61,096 nucleotides of DNA, filler included, from Basidioascus undulatus (GCA_000826855.1; 11 parts of 11 records of this genome joined end to end with filler, not necessarily neighbours in it), one strand, 5' to 3'; positions 37,151 to 49,789 are shown, counted from the first letter of the whole stretch. Translations and numbers: made by a program. Notes: generated by a model not told the origin, from the sequence alone.

Positions 37151-38357
37151 TGGACTGATGGAAAAACAATAAGCTTGGTGTAAAAGGGGCCTTGAAAATT
37201 ACGGCAGTGGGGAGGATGGGCATATTTGGCACGATGCGTCCGTTGATCATGATCGTGTGCAGGAAGGGAAGATGGCGAAGGTTTGCAATACATGACCCTG
37301 CTAACTTATCCTTTACGAAATATCGCACGACTTCATTCCATGACTTTGAAGCAAAGGATATGGGGAGGAGCTGAGCCCAGATCAGATGGAACGCAGTCAA
37401 GCAATGTACGCCACGTCCGTTTGCCCTCTCGGGGTGTGGATCGACAACAGTTGATGATACACGTACATTGACAAGGTTGCATGTAAAAGTGTCTGAAAGT
37501 GAAGAGATCTACGCAGCCGCCTGAATGTTAGTGGATGCGGCGATGCTCCCACAGCTCTGCGGTCTCAGCTCGGTCAACAACGCAAAAACATCCAAGGAAC
37601 TCCCCAGGGTGATTCAAGCTGTCTACTTTTCACTTCAGAATCTTATCAGATACGACTAATTCTCGAGGAGCTCGAGAAGTTCCGGAGAACGTGCTGAGAT
37701 TTGTGAGTAAGAAGGCAATCTCACGTACTTGTGAGCTCCGGCGGACACTTCAGCAGACAGAGGTCGGGTGCATAGTCATGCTATAGGTTGCGGGACTCAC
37801 GGGAAAGTTCAGACAGATAGAGGAGAGTTTGGAAGTCGATGGAAGACATCCATGAAGATGTCCACGCAGCACAAGCACCGCAAAGCATCGTAATATTTTT
37901 ACATCGCCCAACGAGCAAAAGCAAAAGGCAGTACAGCGTTCTCGTCCTCCATCACAACACAACCGATGAAAGCAACAAGACCCTTACGATGCAGGGCAAT
38001 TAGAAGGAAAGGTGGTATACTACAGGTGGCAACAGGGTGGGTGGTGGGGAAAAGCACAGACACTCAAACAAGGCAAGGAAACGGAGGTAAGAGAAGAGGA
38101 GGAGAGGCAAGCGGGACCTATGCAACCCTTATGAGGACAGAAACTGAGGTGAGCAGAGGAGTGCAGGAAGGAATAAGGGAAAGGGAAAAGAGCGAGTCCG
38201 TATATGGGTCATATCATGAACGAAGGGGCCGATTCCGAGAGATGGGTCTTTATGAGAACGAGAGAGTGAGAGAACGAGAAAGGGAGGGCAGTGGTGCACA
38301 GGCGTGAGAGGACGCAAAGGTGGGCGCGCGCTGGCCGTGGTTGAAGGGCGCCTGTGC

Positions 38358-39206
38358 TCAAGTCGACGCTGCCGTCGCCGACGTCCCAGTGCGCTCAGCG
38401 ACCGAGGACCCCGCGCCGAGCGGGTCCGTCGCCTCAGCCCCGTTCTCCTTCTTCACGTCCTTCTTATCCTCCCCCTTATCCTGCGCCGCACTCTCACCAG
38501 CAGGTGACGCGGCCGGGGCGGGGATGGGCTCAGGCGCGGTCGTCTGCACAGGGACGGCTGCGGCAGCCGGAGCGCCCTCGACGCTGTCATCGTCGTCATC
38601 ATCGTCGAGTTTCTTCGCAGCGGCAGCCTCTGCATCTGCATGTGCATGGGCGTGTTCGGCCGCAACGGCGGCGGCAGTGGCGGGTGATGAGGAAGTGAGG
38701 GCGATGCGGAGCATTGCGGTGTATGCTGTTTGGTCAAAGTCCGAAGGGGGTCAGCGAGCGATCGCGCAGGGAGATAACAACAGTGGGATGTAGTGGGAGT
38801 GGAATGCGGAGCGAAAGAACGTACGCTGCCGACAAACCGGGCAAAACCAACCCCTGGCCTTCTTCCTCCTCCTGCGTCCAGTACCAGCCGTAGTCTGGGG
38901 CGCCGCGTCTCCCACAGCCTGTGCCGCAGCCGCCTCGGGCCCTCCAGCCACGCCCGCCTCCGCATTCACCACCGGGTCCGTCCCGACGGCCCCCACGCCC
39001 CCCTCCCGCGCGCTCACACCCCCGCCACCGAACTCCGTCATCCGCACAGCGCAGTCGCGGCATGCTACCAGGTGCCGGCACGGGAGCAGGAGGACGTCCC
39101 GCGCCGCGGCGAGGCAGATGATACATTCGCCTCCGGCGTGGTCTTCTGGAGCTGTGGAGGCGGGGGCGGCGGCCGGGGGGTAGCGGTGTGGGCGGAGGGG
39201 TATCTG
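38358..39206 (-). CDS. RING-HC (C3HC4) E3 ligase, MGRN1/RNF157-like, 3' part
   Basis: ECIICLAAARDVLLLPCRHLVACRDC...WFCPVCRQ|PYTAMLRI, followed by a low-complexity acidic tail. Confidence 0.88.
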
Positions 39207-39306
39207 NNNNNNNNNNNNNNNNNNNNNNNNNNNNNNNNNNNNNNNNNNNNTTAATTAATTAANNNNNNNNNNNNNNNNNNNNNNNNNNNNNNNNNNNNNN
39301 NNNNNN

Positions 39307-41065
39307 TCCCTCCTGTCGAGCTCGGCAATTCTAATGGCCCTTTCCTCGTCGGTAGTCCCGCTCGACCTCCTCCTCCTCCCGCCCTCCTTCAACTCCGCCG
39401 CGACCTCCACATCGCGGAAAGACCCGACCCCGCTCTTCCCCTTCCAGCTGCGCCACGCGCTCTCGAAGCGCACGTGGGCGTGCGCGGCGCGCAGCGAGGG
39501 CGCGCGCAGGGTGTGGGAGGAGCAGCTGGGCCAGGCGCGGGGCGGGGCGCTCGCTAGGGGGAGGACGGAGAAGGTGCGTTTGGGAGGAGGAAGGGGGAAC
39601 GGGATGTGAAGTAGGCTGATGGTGGGTTGGGTGCGGGCAGGCGTTTGAGATGAGGATGATGGGCCTTAGGACGGGCGACCTGAGGATGGGAGGAGAGAGA
39701 TTGAACGCTTCGCTTATAGTTGGTGAGTGTCACGGGACTTGCTGTATCTTACATGCGGAGGCTCATGATCGAGAACGCGAGCAGATTGGTACGGTCGCGA
39801 GCTGCTCATCCTCGCGTACACGTCCGCCCTCTGGACCGGCTTCCTCGACGACCCCTCCTGTGCGTCTGTCCTTCTCCTCCTCCTTCTCCTCCCTCTCACC
39901 TCGCTAACGCCGCCCTCCCCGTCGCACCAGCACTCCAGCTCGTCCTCAAAGTCTCGAACCCGACCGAGCTCTCCCACCTCGCAGGGATGCTCCTCGTCCT
40001 CGCATCCAGGGCACTCCTCGCCGTCGCGCTGCCCACGCTCGTCCCCGGCGCTGCTCGCGCGGGGGCGAGCGCGCACCAGCGGCCGCTGCAGATCAGCCTG
40101 CGCGGGGAGCGCGTCAGGCTATTTCGGGTCGGGCACCGGCCGGGCGGGCATGGGGGCAGTGAGTGCGCTGGGGTGGACGAAGGGGGAAAAGGTGGGAAGT
40201 GCTGAGATGAGGGGCGGATGGGGTAGTCATTCTGGTCGGCGGGACGCAAGACCACGATGAGGTTAGGATCGTCAACTCGGCGACGTCGAGGCTGCCGAAT
40301 GGTGCACTCGCGACGACGTTCCACCCGGCGTTCGAGGGGGTGCGTCGATCTTCCAGGTGTCTGCGCTCGTTTCGTACTGCTGAACCGCGCGCGTCCCCAC
40401 GAGACAGTCATTCCCCATCGAGCACGTCATCCGCAACGTCGCGTTCTCGGGGCCCAACCTCGTCCTGAGCACCATGGCGGACGGATTCCGGCTGTATGAT
40501 CCCTACGGGTGCGTGCAGTGAATTCACTCCCCACAGTCGCGAACCTGACAATCTCCCTCCTCCACCTCTCAGCGAATCTTTCAAGACGACGCCCATCCCG
40601 CCCGAGGGCAGGCTCCGCACGCTCCTCTCCACGCAGCAGCGCTCCGAGCCGCTCCGAATCGTCCAAGCGTGCGGCGGGGCGCGCCTAGCGATCTACGCGC
40701 ATTTCGGGCTCTTTCTCCCCTCAACACCGTCTTCCCATTCCACTTCCAGCCCACAACACCCTCCCTCCCAAACCCCACCCCCGCACGGGATAATCAAGTG
40801 GGAGACCGCGCCCGTCTCGCACGCCGTGCCCGTCCCGCCCGCGCACGTCGTACTCTTCTCAGAGCCGGCGCTCGAAGTGCGCGACCTCCGCTCGGGCGCA
40901 CTCGTCCAGATCTTGCCGGTCAGCGCGCGCTGCGTGTGGGACGGCGCCGGCGCGCGCAGGGGCCCGATGGCGGTCATGAAGGGCGCGAGGGGGCTCGAGG
41001 GGATCTTTGAACTGGTCTCGACGCAGGTGAGGAGGAGGGGCTCGTCGTTTTGCGGACGATGGTAG
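39307..41065 (+). CDS. PH plus CNH domain protein (Rom/Rgf RhoGEF-like C-terminus), 5' end missing
   Basis: VPLDLL..LFPFQLRH...RRVWEEQL (PH-like), then MLLVLASRALLAVAL, IIKWE, VVLFSEPALEVRDLRSGALVQIL (CNH pattern). Confidence 0.75.
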
Positions 41066-41589
41066 ACTTTTGCATACGTGCTTTGGCTTGATTACGAGAA
41101 GGCTTTCAGAACTGTTGCTGGGCTGCGGCACGTTCATGCTGCGTTTCGCGGCGACGTTGTTGTACGACAGAACAAGAAAGGTGATAACCGCTTGTCTCTT
41201 TCGCTTTGGGCGACTTTGAAAGTTTCATTCTTCGCTAGAAAACTTCATGGATGAATTTTGGACACGCGCCAATCGCGACTCGTGGAGACAGATGGATGGC
41301 CGGACATCACATTCTGTGGTACATCGAGTCTGGGTACCCTTGGTTATCGCCCGCCCCACCGCTAACGCTGCTCCTGCAACTCATGATGCGCTGACGTTTG
41401 CAATCCTCGAGATCATGCGAAGTGTCGAAGTGTTGCGGCGTTTGTGAGGAGAGTGAGCAGGAGAGAGGGAACGTCTGTGTGAAAAACCATTCGCTGCGCG
41501 CATGGGCGGCTCAGGCGGGCGAGCCCCAGATGGACACCAGTAGATTGCATCCGCAATCTCGCGGTGAAGCTGCACGGCCTCCGAGATGA

Positions 41590-42720
41590 ATTAGGGGACG
41601 CCGACGGGTGCGAGCTGGCCGCTGAGCGCGAGTAGATAACGGTCGATGGCGTCGTTGCTCGTACGACGCGTTACTTGGCGAAACGAGCGAGGGAACGGCT
41701 TGCCGTCGGCCTTGTGCATGTCCAACTCGTCATCGCAAGCGTAGTAGAGCTCCACGATATTGGTCTCGGGGTTGCGGCGGGCGAGCGGGAAGCTGTGGTC
41801 CCTGACGACGCTGGGCGAGAGGAAATAAATGGCATATGTAGGCGATGCGGCGGGTGCCAGCAGGAACTACCGACCGGGATTAACTCCACTTCGAACAGAA
41901 ACCCACCAGGAAGCGCTTTTGAGAGGGAAATGCACCTTAAGATACGTCTCCGGATCCTCCTCCTCCTTGTCGTAGGCCTTCTGCCGCCGCAGGCTGTCGC
42001 GCTGCAAACAGCCCAGAAGGCGCCGTCCGTACTAGTCGTTGACGGTGACATGAACGCACCGTACCAAACCCACTTGGCATAGAATTTGCTGTTGACTGCG
42101 AACGAGGTCAATGTCCATTGCGCCAACCACAAGAGCAAACGGACGCACGCAGGAGAAGGTTGCAAGCGTAGTTGACGTTGAACGTCCCGGGTAATGCCCA
42201 GGCTGATGAAGTGCTCAGCCTGCACAGCTCGTGGAGGAGTATCTATCAACGTTAACATATCAAACGCAAACGAGTCACGGACCCACACACATCTTCAGCA
42301 CGCTTCAGCTTGTCGTCGCTGCGAGGCACGATGTGTGTGAATTGGTTCGCAGCATCCAGGTTGTTGGTGACGATACAGCGATGTCGAGCTGCAGGATGAG
42401 CATTCTGGTCTCTCTGGTGCGACTGCTGCTGGCGTTTGATACCGAGGTGGCATCTTCGATCTCAGCTTGGCGTGGAGCGACGGCGATCTCCAAGTTGGCA
42501 GGAGAGCGCCGACGCGGAAACTGGTATCTGAAGCGACCCCGCATGCCTGCGTACGTTAGCGCTCGGTGCGCGGCGTTCGAAGGGTGTCTGCTGAGAGAGC
42601 AACACAGCGTAGTGCGAGGAGAACGATAATGTGAGCCGCTGGACGGTTGTGAGCGGGTGATGGGAGGCAACTGGGCGGGATGCCGACGATGCCGATGCCG
42701 ACGCCCAACCACGCCAGCAT
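41590..42720 (-). pseudogene. Degenerate HNH-type nuclease-like gene
   Basis: RCIVTNNLDAANQFTHIVPRS and FNVNYACNLLLL resemble the fungal HNH_2 pattern (CxxT...HIVP...NxxxL); frameshifts are needed to join them. Confidence 0.45.
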
Positions 42721-42968
42721 GGGCCTGGGGTTTGACAGCTGTCGAACCGCTGCTTGACTGTTACATTATCCTATTTTCTTCTTTTGCTGGCTGTGCCTTA
42801 AGTTTTTACTTGCAAGGGTATATTCAAGCGCCGATGTATCGCACGCGTGCTACAGATCCTTTAAAGACNNNNNNNNNNNNNNNNNNNNNNNNNNNNNNNN
42901 NNNNNNNNNNNNTTAATTAATTAANNNNNNNNNNNNNNNNNNNNNNNNNNNNNNNNNNNNNNNNNNNN

Positions 42969-43862
42969 GTGCTCTTCCGATCTATCGTTGGGGAAGGGGT
43001 CGGAGGACGCGGAGGTCGGAGGGGTTGGGGGCCGGTTGGAGGAAGGGAGGCGCGAGGGAGTGAGGAGGGATGTGGAGGGGGATACAGAGAGCAAGAGGTC
43101 CGCCGTGCTGTTAATGGACTGCGTATCGTCCTGGACGCGCTTGACGCGACCGCTCCTCCCGCGCTTGCGCTCCTCGCTGAGCTCCTCAACATCCTCCCCG
43201 TCCCCCTCACCGTCCTCCCCCTCGTCCTCGCTCCACGCGCGGTCCTCATGCTCCACCACGCCCGTCTCCCACTCGCCCTTGGCGTTCGCGCACACGGGGT
43301 GGCCCAGGAAGACGAGCTCGTCCACGGCGAGCTCGAACTTAGCGTGGCAGAGCGTGCGGCGCGGGGAGAGCAGGCCGGCGAGGAAGTGCGTCGCGAAGGA
43401 GAGGAAGGTGTTGTACTCTGCTGAGACGTCCGGATGGCCGTTCGGCCCCCCGCCCCCGCCGCCTGCCCCGCTCGGGGAGGAGGGCAAGGACGGCGAGGGA
43501 GACGGGGACGCTCGACCAGCGGAGGAGAGGGAGGCGGAGCGAAACGCGTCCCAGCGGTACCTCGCCTCCTCCTCCTCCTCCTCCGCATCTACGCCTTCCC
43601 CATCCTCGTCCTCATCATCATCATCGTCGTCGTCGTCCCAGGTACCCTCGCCCTCGCTGTCGTCGCCCCACTGGGGCGGGCCGTATCCGAAGCGTGCGCG
43701 CTGTCGGAGCTCCCTGCGCTCGCGCTTGGAGAGGAAGGAAGGCTTGGTGAGGCGGGGGACGGGGGACGGATGAGGGGGGTAGGAGTAGACGAGGGAGGAG
43801 CCCTTTGAGGATGAGGTTATGAGGAGGACTGCGAGCACTGGCGAGGGACTGCTAGGAGCCAT
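42969..43862 (-). CDS. NPR3: Nitrogen permease regulator 3 (SEACIT/GATOR1 subunit), 5' part
   Basis: VLAVLLITSSSKGSSLVYSYP, FLAGLLSPRRTLCHAKFELAVDELVFLGHPV. Confidence 0.93.
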
Positions 43863-44030
43863 TGCATATCGTTGAGACCAAGGGGCAGCAGGCGCATCAA
43901 GAACCGGCCTGATCGGCATTCGCCCGCCGAGCGCGTTATGAACTTCGCGTCATTTCGCAGCTGGTCTCCCGCTTCATCTCGCTCAACCAACATTGCCAGC
44001 GCACACAAGCATCAAAGCCACACAAATTCA

Positions 44031-44908
44031 ATGGCAGCGAAGCGCATTGCAGTAGTAGGCGGATCAGGCTTCCTTGGTACGCTTTCGAAGCCCTCCTGAT
44101 CGATTCGATTCAACACTCATCCTCATCCTCCCATCCAGGATCCGCCGTGTGCAAAGCCGCAGTCGCGAAGGGGTATGAGGTAATCAGCCTCAGGTGCGTC
44201 TTCACATCCACATTGCTTCCCTCACACGTCCTCACCCTCCCTCCCACAGCCGCTCCGGCAAGCCATTCAAGACCCCCGCAGGGCACCACCCAGCGTGGAC
44301 GAAGAAGGTGCCCTGCCCTCCCCACCCACGCCATTCCCTTCCTTCCTCCTTGCAACGCCACTCAACCCCCTCGTCTCCCCTAGGTGGACTGGCTCCCCGC
44401 CTCGGCCTTCTCGCCCGAGTCCTACGCGCCCACCCTCGCCGCCTGCGCCGCCGTCGTCCACACCGTCGGCGTCCTCCTCGAGAGCGACTACAAGTCCGGC
44501 CTCCCCGAGGCACTGCGCGGGCTCAGCCTCCGCAGGGGGGACCAGAACCCGCTGACGAAGGACCAGGGGGTGTATGAGCGCATGAATAGGGACTCGGGTG
44601 TGCTGCTGCTTCCCACCTCTCCACTCTCTCTCCTTCTTCCTTCCTCCCTTCATGCACGAGTCTGACTGACAATTGGAACACACAACCAGCCCTCGCGGTC
44701 GCACGCACATTCCTCTCCACCCCCTCATCCACTTCCTCCCCCTCCGCGCGCCCATTCATCTACATCTCCGCCGCCGACGTCTTCCGCCCGCTCATCCCCG
44801 CGCGTTACATCGAGACCAAGCGCGAAGCGGAGGCTGGCATCGCGCGCCTCGCTCTGGATGACATCCAGTCTGGCGGGGCCGGCCTACGGGATGTGTACCT
44901 CCGGCCTG
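44031..44908 (+). CDS. Atypical SDR / NAD-binding protein, Coq11-like, lacking the expected C-terminus
   Basis: IAVVGGSGFLGSAVCKAAV, SLSRSG, VVHTVGVL, YERMNRDSA, PFIYISA, RYIETKREAE, YLRPG. Confidence 0.88.
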
Positions 44909-45032
44909 GTGCGTCTTCTTTCCGTTCTGCACTTCTCTGCCTTTCTATACTTCTCTCCCTCGGCCTTCCCACCCATCTCTTTCTCTTTCTTTTTCCCCCG
45001 GCCTCCAACACCTGACCCCCCTTCCTCCGCAG

Positions 45033-45995
45033 GCTAGCAGTCCCGATCACCTATCTCAAGCGCACCCTCCCCCTGCGCTCCTCGCCAGCTCAAGAACTCG
45101 CGCTCACGCTCGGGCGCCCGCGCCCGCCTCCCGATGCAGACCCAGACGGGTGGGCGACGTTCCCGCTCAACCTCCACGATCCCCTGAGCGCGGTCGCGAG
45201 GGTCGGTCGCCCCTTCCTCTCTTCCCTCACCACTTTCTCCTCTCCCTCCATTCCTGCGTTCTGATCCCCCTCCCGCAGCTCTCCCTCCCCCACCCGCGGA
45301 TCTACCCCCTCCCCTCTCCCTCTTCCTCATCCACCACCTCCTTCTCATCGTCCTCCGGCATCCCCATCCTCCTCTCCCTCTCCTACTCCTACACTCTACC
45401 GGCCCCATCCCCATCCTCATCCCGACCCACCGCACCCCCGACCCACTCGACACCCACTCCAACCAATAAGCCGAGCCCGAGCCCGACCCCACCCCCAACC
45501 CTCACTCTCCGCCGCCAAGCGCTCTTCCACAAGCCGCACCCGCAGCGGATCGCCTCCGAACTGTGCACTGTTCTTTTCTCCCCATCCCCCTCCGCCCCTC
45601 CTCCTTTCCAAGCTCCACATCCATCCCCTCCCAATCCAGAACCAGGAGGCAGAGAAGCCGCGCATCACAACTATATCTTGCACCTCTCGCTCCCAACATC
45701 GGCAGACCAACCCCCGCTTCCGTCACTACGCACGGAATGGGTATCTGTCTCTGTCCGTCCCTCGTCCTCCCTCCCTCCCTGCCCCTTCTCTGCTATCTCC
45801 CTGACTCCAGCTGAAACCTCCGAACAAACGCAGTATTTCATCCGCCTCAACATCCACAACCGGACGTTCTCGATCCCCGTGCACTTTGTCACGGACGAGC
45901 TCCGCCTGGGCGCGGGCGCTGCGCCGGAGTGCTGGGACGGAGAGGAGGGGACCGGGGGGAGGGAGGAGGGAGAGTGGGAGAGCGGGGTGTCGTGA
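45033..45995 (+). CDS. 3' exons of an unrelated hypothetical protein (possibly arrestin-C-like beta sandwich)
   Basis: LAVPITYLKR...ARLSLPHPRIYPL...TLTLRRQ...LPSLRTEW...QYFIRLNI...IPVHF; GT-AG introns; TGA at 45993-45995. Confidence 0.5.
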   Translation, partial: ASSPDHLSQAHPPPALLASSRTRAHARAPAPASRCRPRRVGDVPAQPPRSPERGREGRSPLPLFPHHFLLSLHSCVLIPLPQLSLPHPRIYPLPSPSSSSTTSFSSSSGIPILLSLSYSYTLPAPSPSSSRPTAPPTHSTPTPTNKPSPSPTPPPTLTLRRQALFHKPHPQRIASELCTVLFSPSPSAPPPFQAPHPSPPNPEPGGREAAHHNYILHLSLPTSADQPPLPSLRTEWVSVSVRPSSSLPPCPFSAISLTPAETSEQTQYFIRLNIHNRTFSIPVHFVTDELRLGAGAAPECWDGEEGTGGREEGEWESGVS

Positions 45996-46452
45996 GGCGG
46001 CGGACATGGATTACCGCTTGAGATGAGCTAGATTGCTTATTGAGAGGCCCGGAAATTTGGGTTGAACTGGGCAACGTACTCGGTGCACGGTGCTGCGCGG
46101 CGCGCCTTCAGTGCGCATGGTGAGCGCGAGAGGTAGTGGGATGTTCCTGGAGAACATGATCGGAAGAGACGGAGCGGTCCCACCTACCCGGCTTCCTTCC
46201 TTCCTTCCTTCCGTCAGTCTGGCTGTAACTGTAACTTATAGTAAATGGAAGGACACGCTCGCGACCCGGGACCTCAAGAGGCGAATACCGGTATATAGTC
46301 GGGTTCAGGCAAGTGAACGGCATTCAGGCGGAAACCATCTGGGGTGCTGGAGTGCGAAAGACGAAGAAGGTCCGACAGCAAGCAGAGGGGAAAGGGGGGG
46401 GGGTTTGATGCAGGGAGGGAGAGAGGGAAAGGGCACAAATGGCAAAAAGAAG

Positions 46453-46519
46453 CTCTCTGGCCGGGAATTGAACCCGGGTCGCCCGCGGTCAGGTTGAATG
46501 ACAAGCGGATAGACTAGCC
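46453..46519 (-). tRNA. tRNA-Asp(GTC) with ~11-nt intron, 5' end cut by contig end
   Basis: Minus strand GGCTAGTCTA TCCGC TT GTC A [TTCAACCTGAC] C GCGGG CGA CCCGG GTTCAATT CCCGG CCAGAGA G, followed by a T-rich terminator. Confidence 0.9.
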
Positions 46520-46619
46520 NNNNNNNNNNNNNNNNNNNNNNNNNNNNNNNNNNNNNNNNNNNNTTAATTAATTAANNNNNNNNNNNNNNNNNNNNNNNNN
46601 NNNNNNNNNNNNNNNNNNN

Positions 46620-47621
46620 GAGCGGTCCATGGGTGGGGTCAGAGAGGGCGTGTGCGGGGGGCAGGGAGAGCGCGAGGGAGAGGAGGAGCGGTAGGTGGGG
46701 GAGGAGCAGGGGAAAGTGGCGGCGGAGGAGCGGGCGCGGTGTTCTTCTGCTTCTTGCGCGCGAGGTTCTTGGCCGCGAGGGAGGCGGCGTATGCGGTTGC
46801 GGCGAACGGTGCGCGTGCGGGAGGGGAGGGCGGAGGGGAAGACGAGAGAGAGGGAGAAGGAGGGGGTGTGCGGTGTTCAGGGTGGAGAGTGAGCCAGATG
46901 AGCTCGAGCTTGCTGTCCGTCACACGCCCACACCAAATTGAGCGGCTCTTCGGGGGAGAGAGGAAGGGAAGAACGGCCGGGGAGAGGGGACGTACTTGAC
47001 CAACGTATCCCTATTCGAAGTGCTCTTGAACCCGAAACTCGTATAATCTTTCTGCTTCCCCGCCGGCCCACCCACACAACCCACATCAGCTTCCACCCAG
47101 CGTCAGCTCCCTCTCCCAAACCCCCTTTACGCACCTGCAGTCGTGCGATCGTCCAATCCTCATACTTCGGCATCCCCGCGCCCCACAAGCGGGCCTTGCG
47201 CGCCGCCTCACTCTCGGTCGCGAGCTTAGCAGCGGGGGACGCTTTCTCTTTCCATTTGGGGCTGGCGGCCTTCGCCTTCGACTTTTGCTGGGACTGTGTC
47301 GATGCTGGCCCCGCCCGCGAGGGAGAAGAGGCTGCCGCTGCCGATGCGGACGGAGGAGGCGGCGGCGAAGAGTCCGAGTCCACGTCGATCACGCCCGCCT
47401 TCGTGGCTAGCGACCGCGCCCGCGCCGGTCCCGTCGGGCGCAGCGCGTCCTCCGGGTCCGGGACGGCTATGAGCCTGCTGCTCAGTGTCGATGCCCCCGG
47501 GCGGCGGGGCGGGCTGAGCCTGGTCGTCGGCTGCGCGTGGTTGCGAGCGCTGGGGGGGTTGAGGGCAGGAGACAGAAGAAGGGGACCGAATAAGGTGAGG
47601 AGGCGGAGGGGGAGGGGGCAT
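46620..47621 (-). CDS. Slx4-like protein fragment (SAP-like motif); start uncertain
   Basis: MPKYEDWTIARLQ|KDYTSFGFKSTSNRDTLV|KLELIW resembles the fungal Slx4 SAP region. The ATG at 47621 is out of frame with the main ORF across C runs. Confidence 0.5.
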
Positions 47622-47780
47622 TACAACAACCAAGTCGTAAGATCATCAAGCGGTCATCGCGAAGGAAGAATGCGTAAGATACGTCGCGCCCGAGCCGGGT
47701 GCAAAGGCCTCAAATCAGAAAGATGTGAGAGCGATAACGAAGAGCATCGCAGAAGAGAGCAGGAAAAGACGAAGAGGTGA

Positions 47781-49139
47781 TCACACGAGCCCCCCGCCCT
47801 GCCGTCCCGCGCCAGGCGGCGGCGCGCCTGCGGTGTCGTACCGCTGGGTGTAGCTGAGGGGCGCGGGCGAGTAGCCGGCGTACTGGTCCGGGTCGTACGT
47901 CGCCGGCGGAAGCTGGTGCTCGTCTGCTTTCGACGCGTCGTACCCGCCTGCGGGGGGGCCGGGGTAGGGGGGGACGTCTGGCGGCGGGTAGGGATGGGGG
48001 ATCAGCTTCCTTCTTGTTCAAGGAGACGCAAAGAACTCAGTAATAGAAAGCGGAGAAGGTGGAGAAGGTGGAGAAGGTTGGAGGAGAGACAGGAAAGAAG
48101 GCAGGGGGAACCCACAATCGGGTGCCACGAACGGCGGGTCGCGGTTGTACGGCATCTGGGGCTGCATGGCGTACGCGGAGGGGGGCAGCTGCGAGCGGTG
48201 TATGACAGACTCGGGGTCCTGCAGCTGGCGGAGGAACTGGAGGTTGATGGAGAGGAAGAGCGCGGCGAGGACGCCGACGGCGATGAGCCAGACGACGTTC
48301 GTCCAGCTGCCCCGCGTCCAGGAGTCGTTGCAGTCTGGTTCGGCACCCGCCGTCTGTCAGCTTCCTTCCGAAGAGAAGGGAGAAGAAGGTTTGGGGGGGA
48401 GAAGGGAGAGGAGAGAAGGAAAAGGAGAGAAGGAAGAGGAGAGGAGGAAACGCACAATCTCTCGCCTCATCAGCGTCCAGCGTCTCCCTCCCACCGCCAT
48501 ACCACCCCGTGCGCACCTCCGCGTTCGTGTACCGCTCGACGCACGCGCCTATGCTCTCGCCCTTGAGCGTGAAGTGGAGGATGAGGCGCACGAGCTCGAG
48601 GAGCGTCACGAGCCCCGCGACGAGGAAGGACCCGTACACGTAGGGGCGCACGAGGGAGAGGCGTTGCTGTCCCGACGATTTGAGAGGGGATGAGCGGAGG
48701 GAAGAGAGTTGGGAAGGAGGGGAAGGGACGGACGATGAGAGACACGCAGAAGCCGATTGCTTGGACTACGCCCGCGAAGAGGTAGAGCACGCCGAAGACG
48801 ATCTGCCCCTCCCACTGACATCAGCTCTCTCCTCCCATCCCCGCACCGCACCGCACACTCACATCAACGACCTTCAGCCTAGCCGTCTCCCCCCGCCCCC
48901 CAATGCTCTTCAAGAACTCCTGTTACCCATCGCACCTCCCATCAGCCCCACCTTGCCTCACCCACCCTCCTCCACTTCCCACGTACCACACTCCGAACAA
49001 TACAGTACACCGCCGAAATGAACGTGCAGAAGAGCACAATCGGGCGCATGGACCGCTTGTACACGCGCGCGATGACGCGCGAGTACGCGGGCGGCGGGCC
49101 TGGGGGCGGGCGGTACGGCGCGTTGTAGGTCGTGTCCAT
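47781..49139 (-). CDS. Hypothetical four-TM protein with Cys-containing loop and Pro/Tyr-rich tail
   Basis: RSMRPIVLFCTFISAVYC, IVFGVLYLFAGVVQAIGF, LVRLILHFTLKGESIGAC, CNDSWTRGSWTNVVWLI, PPPDVPPYPGPP tail; TGA at 47783-47781. Confidence 0.8.
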
Positions 49140-49789
49140 CGCGAAGCGAGGGAGAGCGAGGGCGAGGTGTAGAGGTCGTTACTGGGATATGGGATTGGAG
49201 TTGGGGATGAGTGGAAGGTGTGACGGACGGGAGGGCAAGGGCTGGAGGCTTGTCGCAGAGGGGTGACGCTCAGGAAACAGGGCGGGGCGGGCTAAGACTG
49301 AGGCGTGGCTGTGCTTCAACATGCACTGACATCTCCAAGTCTCAACGGCAACAAACGAAAGCGAACGACGGCAGATTTGGTGCTCGCATCGTCGACGAAT
49401 TAATCTGGAACTTGTCTGCTCGGTGGACCAGCTGGCTTTGGATGCAGAGAGTGTAAACGCCGGACTCTCTAACTCCGCGCCATGTGAGAAAGATAGACGA
49501 CGATCGACAGAACTGCTGCGTTTCATCAGGGATGCACACTGTGGTAGACTGCGTCCTTCCTGCTTCTGCTGAGCCTTCATGCAATTCCCCCAAGCAATCT
49601 CTCAGATGCCCAACAGTGCACACCAAGCGGGTCTTTGCAAACTGCCGCCGTCGGAGAAGCGTCTTCGCATCCAGCTCAGCCGAGCCGACTGCACGCGCAC
49701 ACGCCAGCGCATCCTCCTCGTTGTGTGCCATGCGAATATCACTAATGCGATGCAAGCCATCCCTCGTCTCTCTCCTCCCCTCCCCACGC

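Noticed and set aside
46270..46330. TATAGTCGG resembling a group I intron S element
   Set aside because: No matching R element or core structure found, and no rRNA context.
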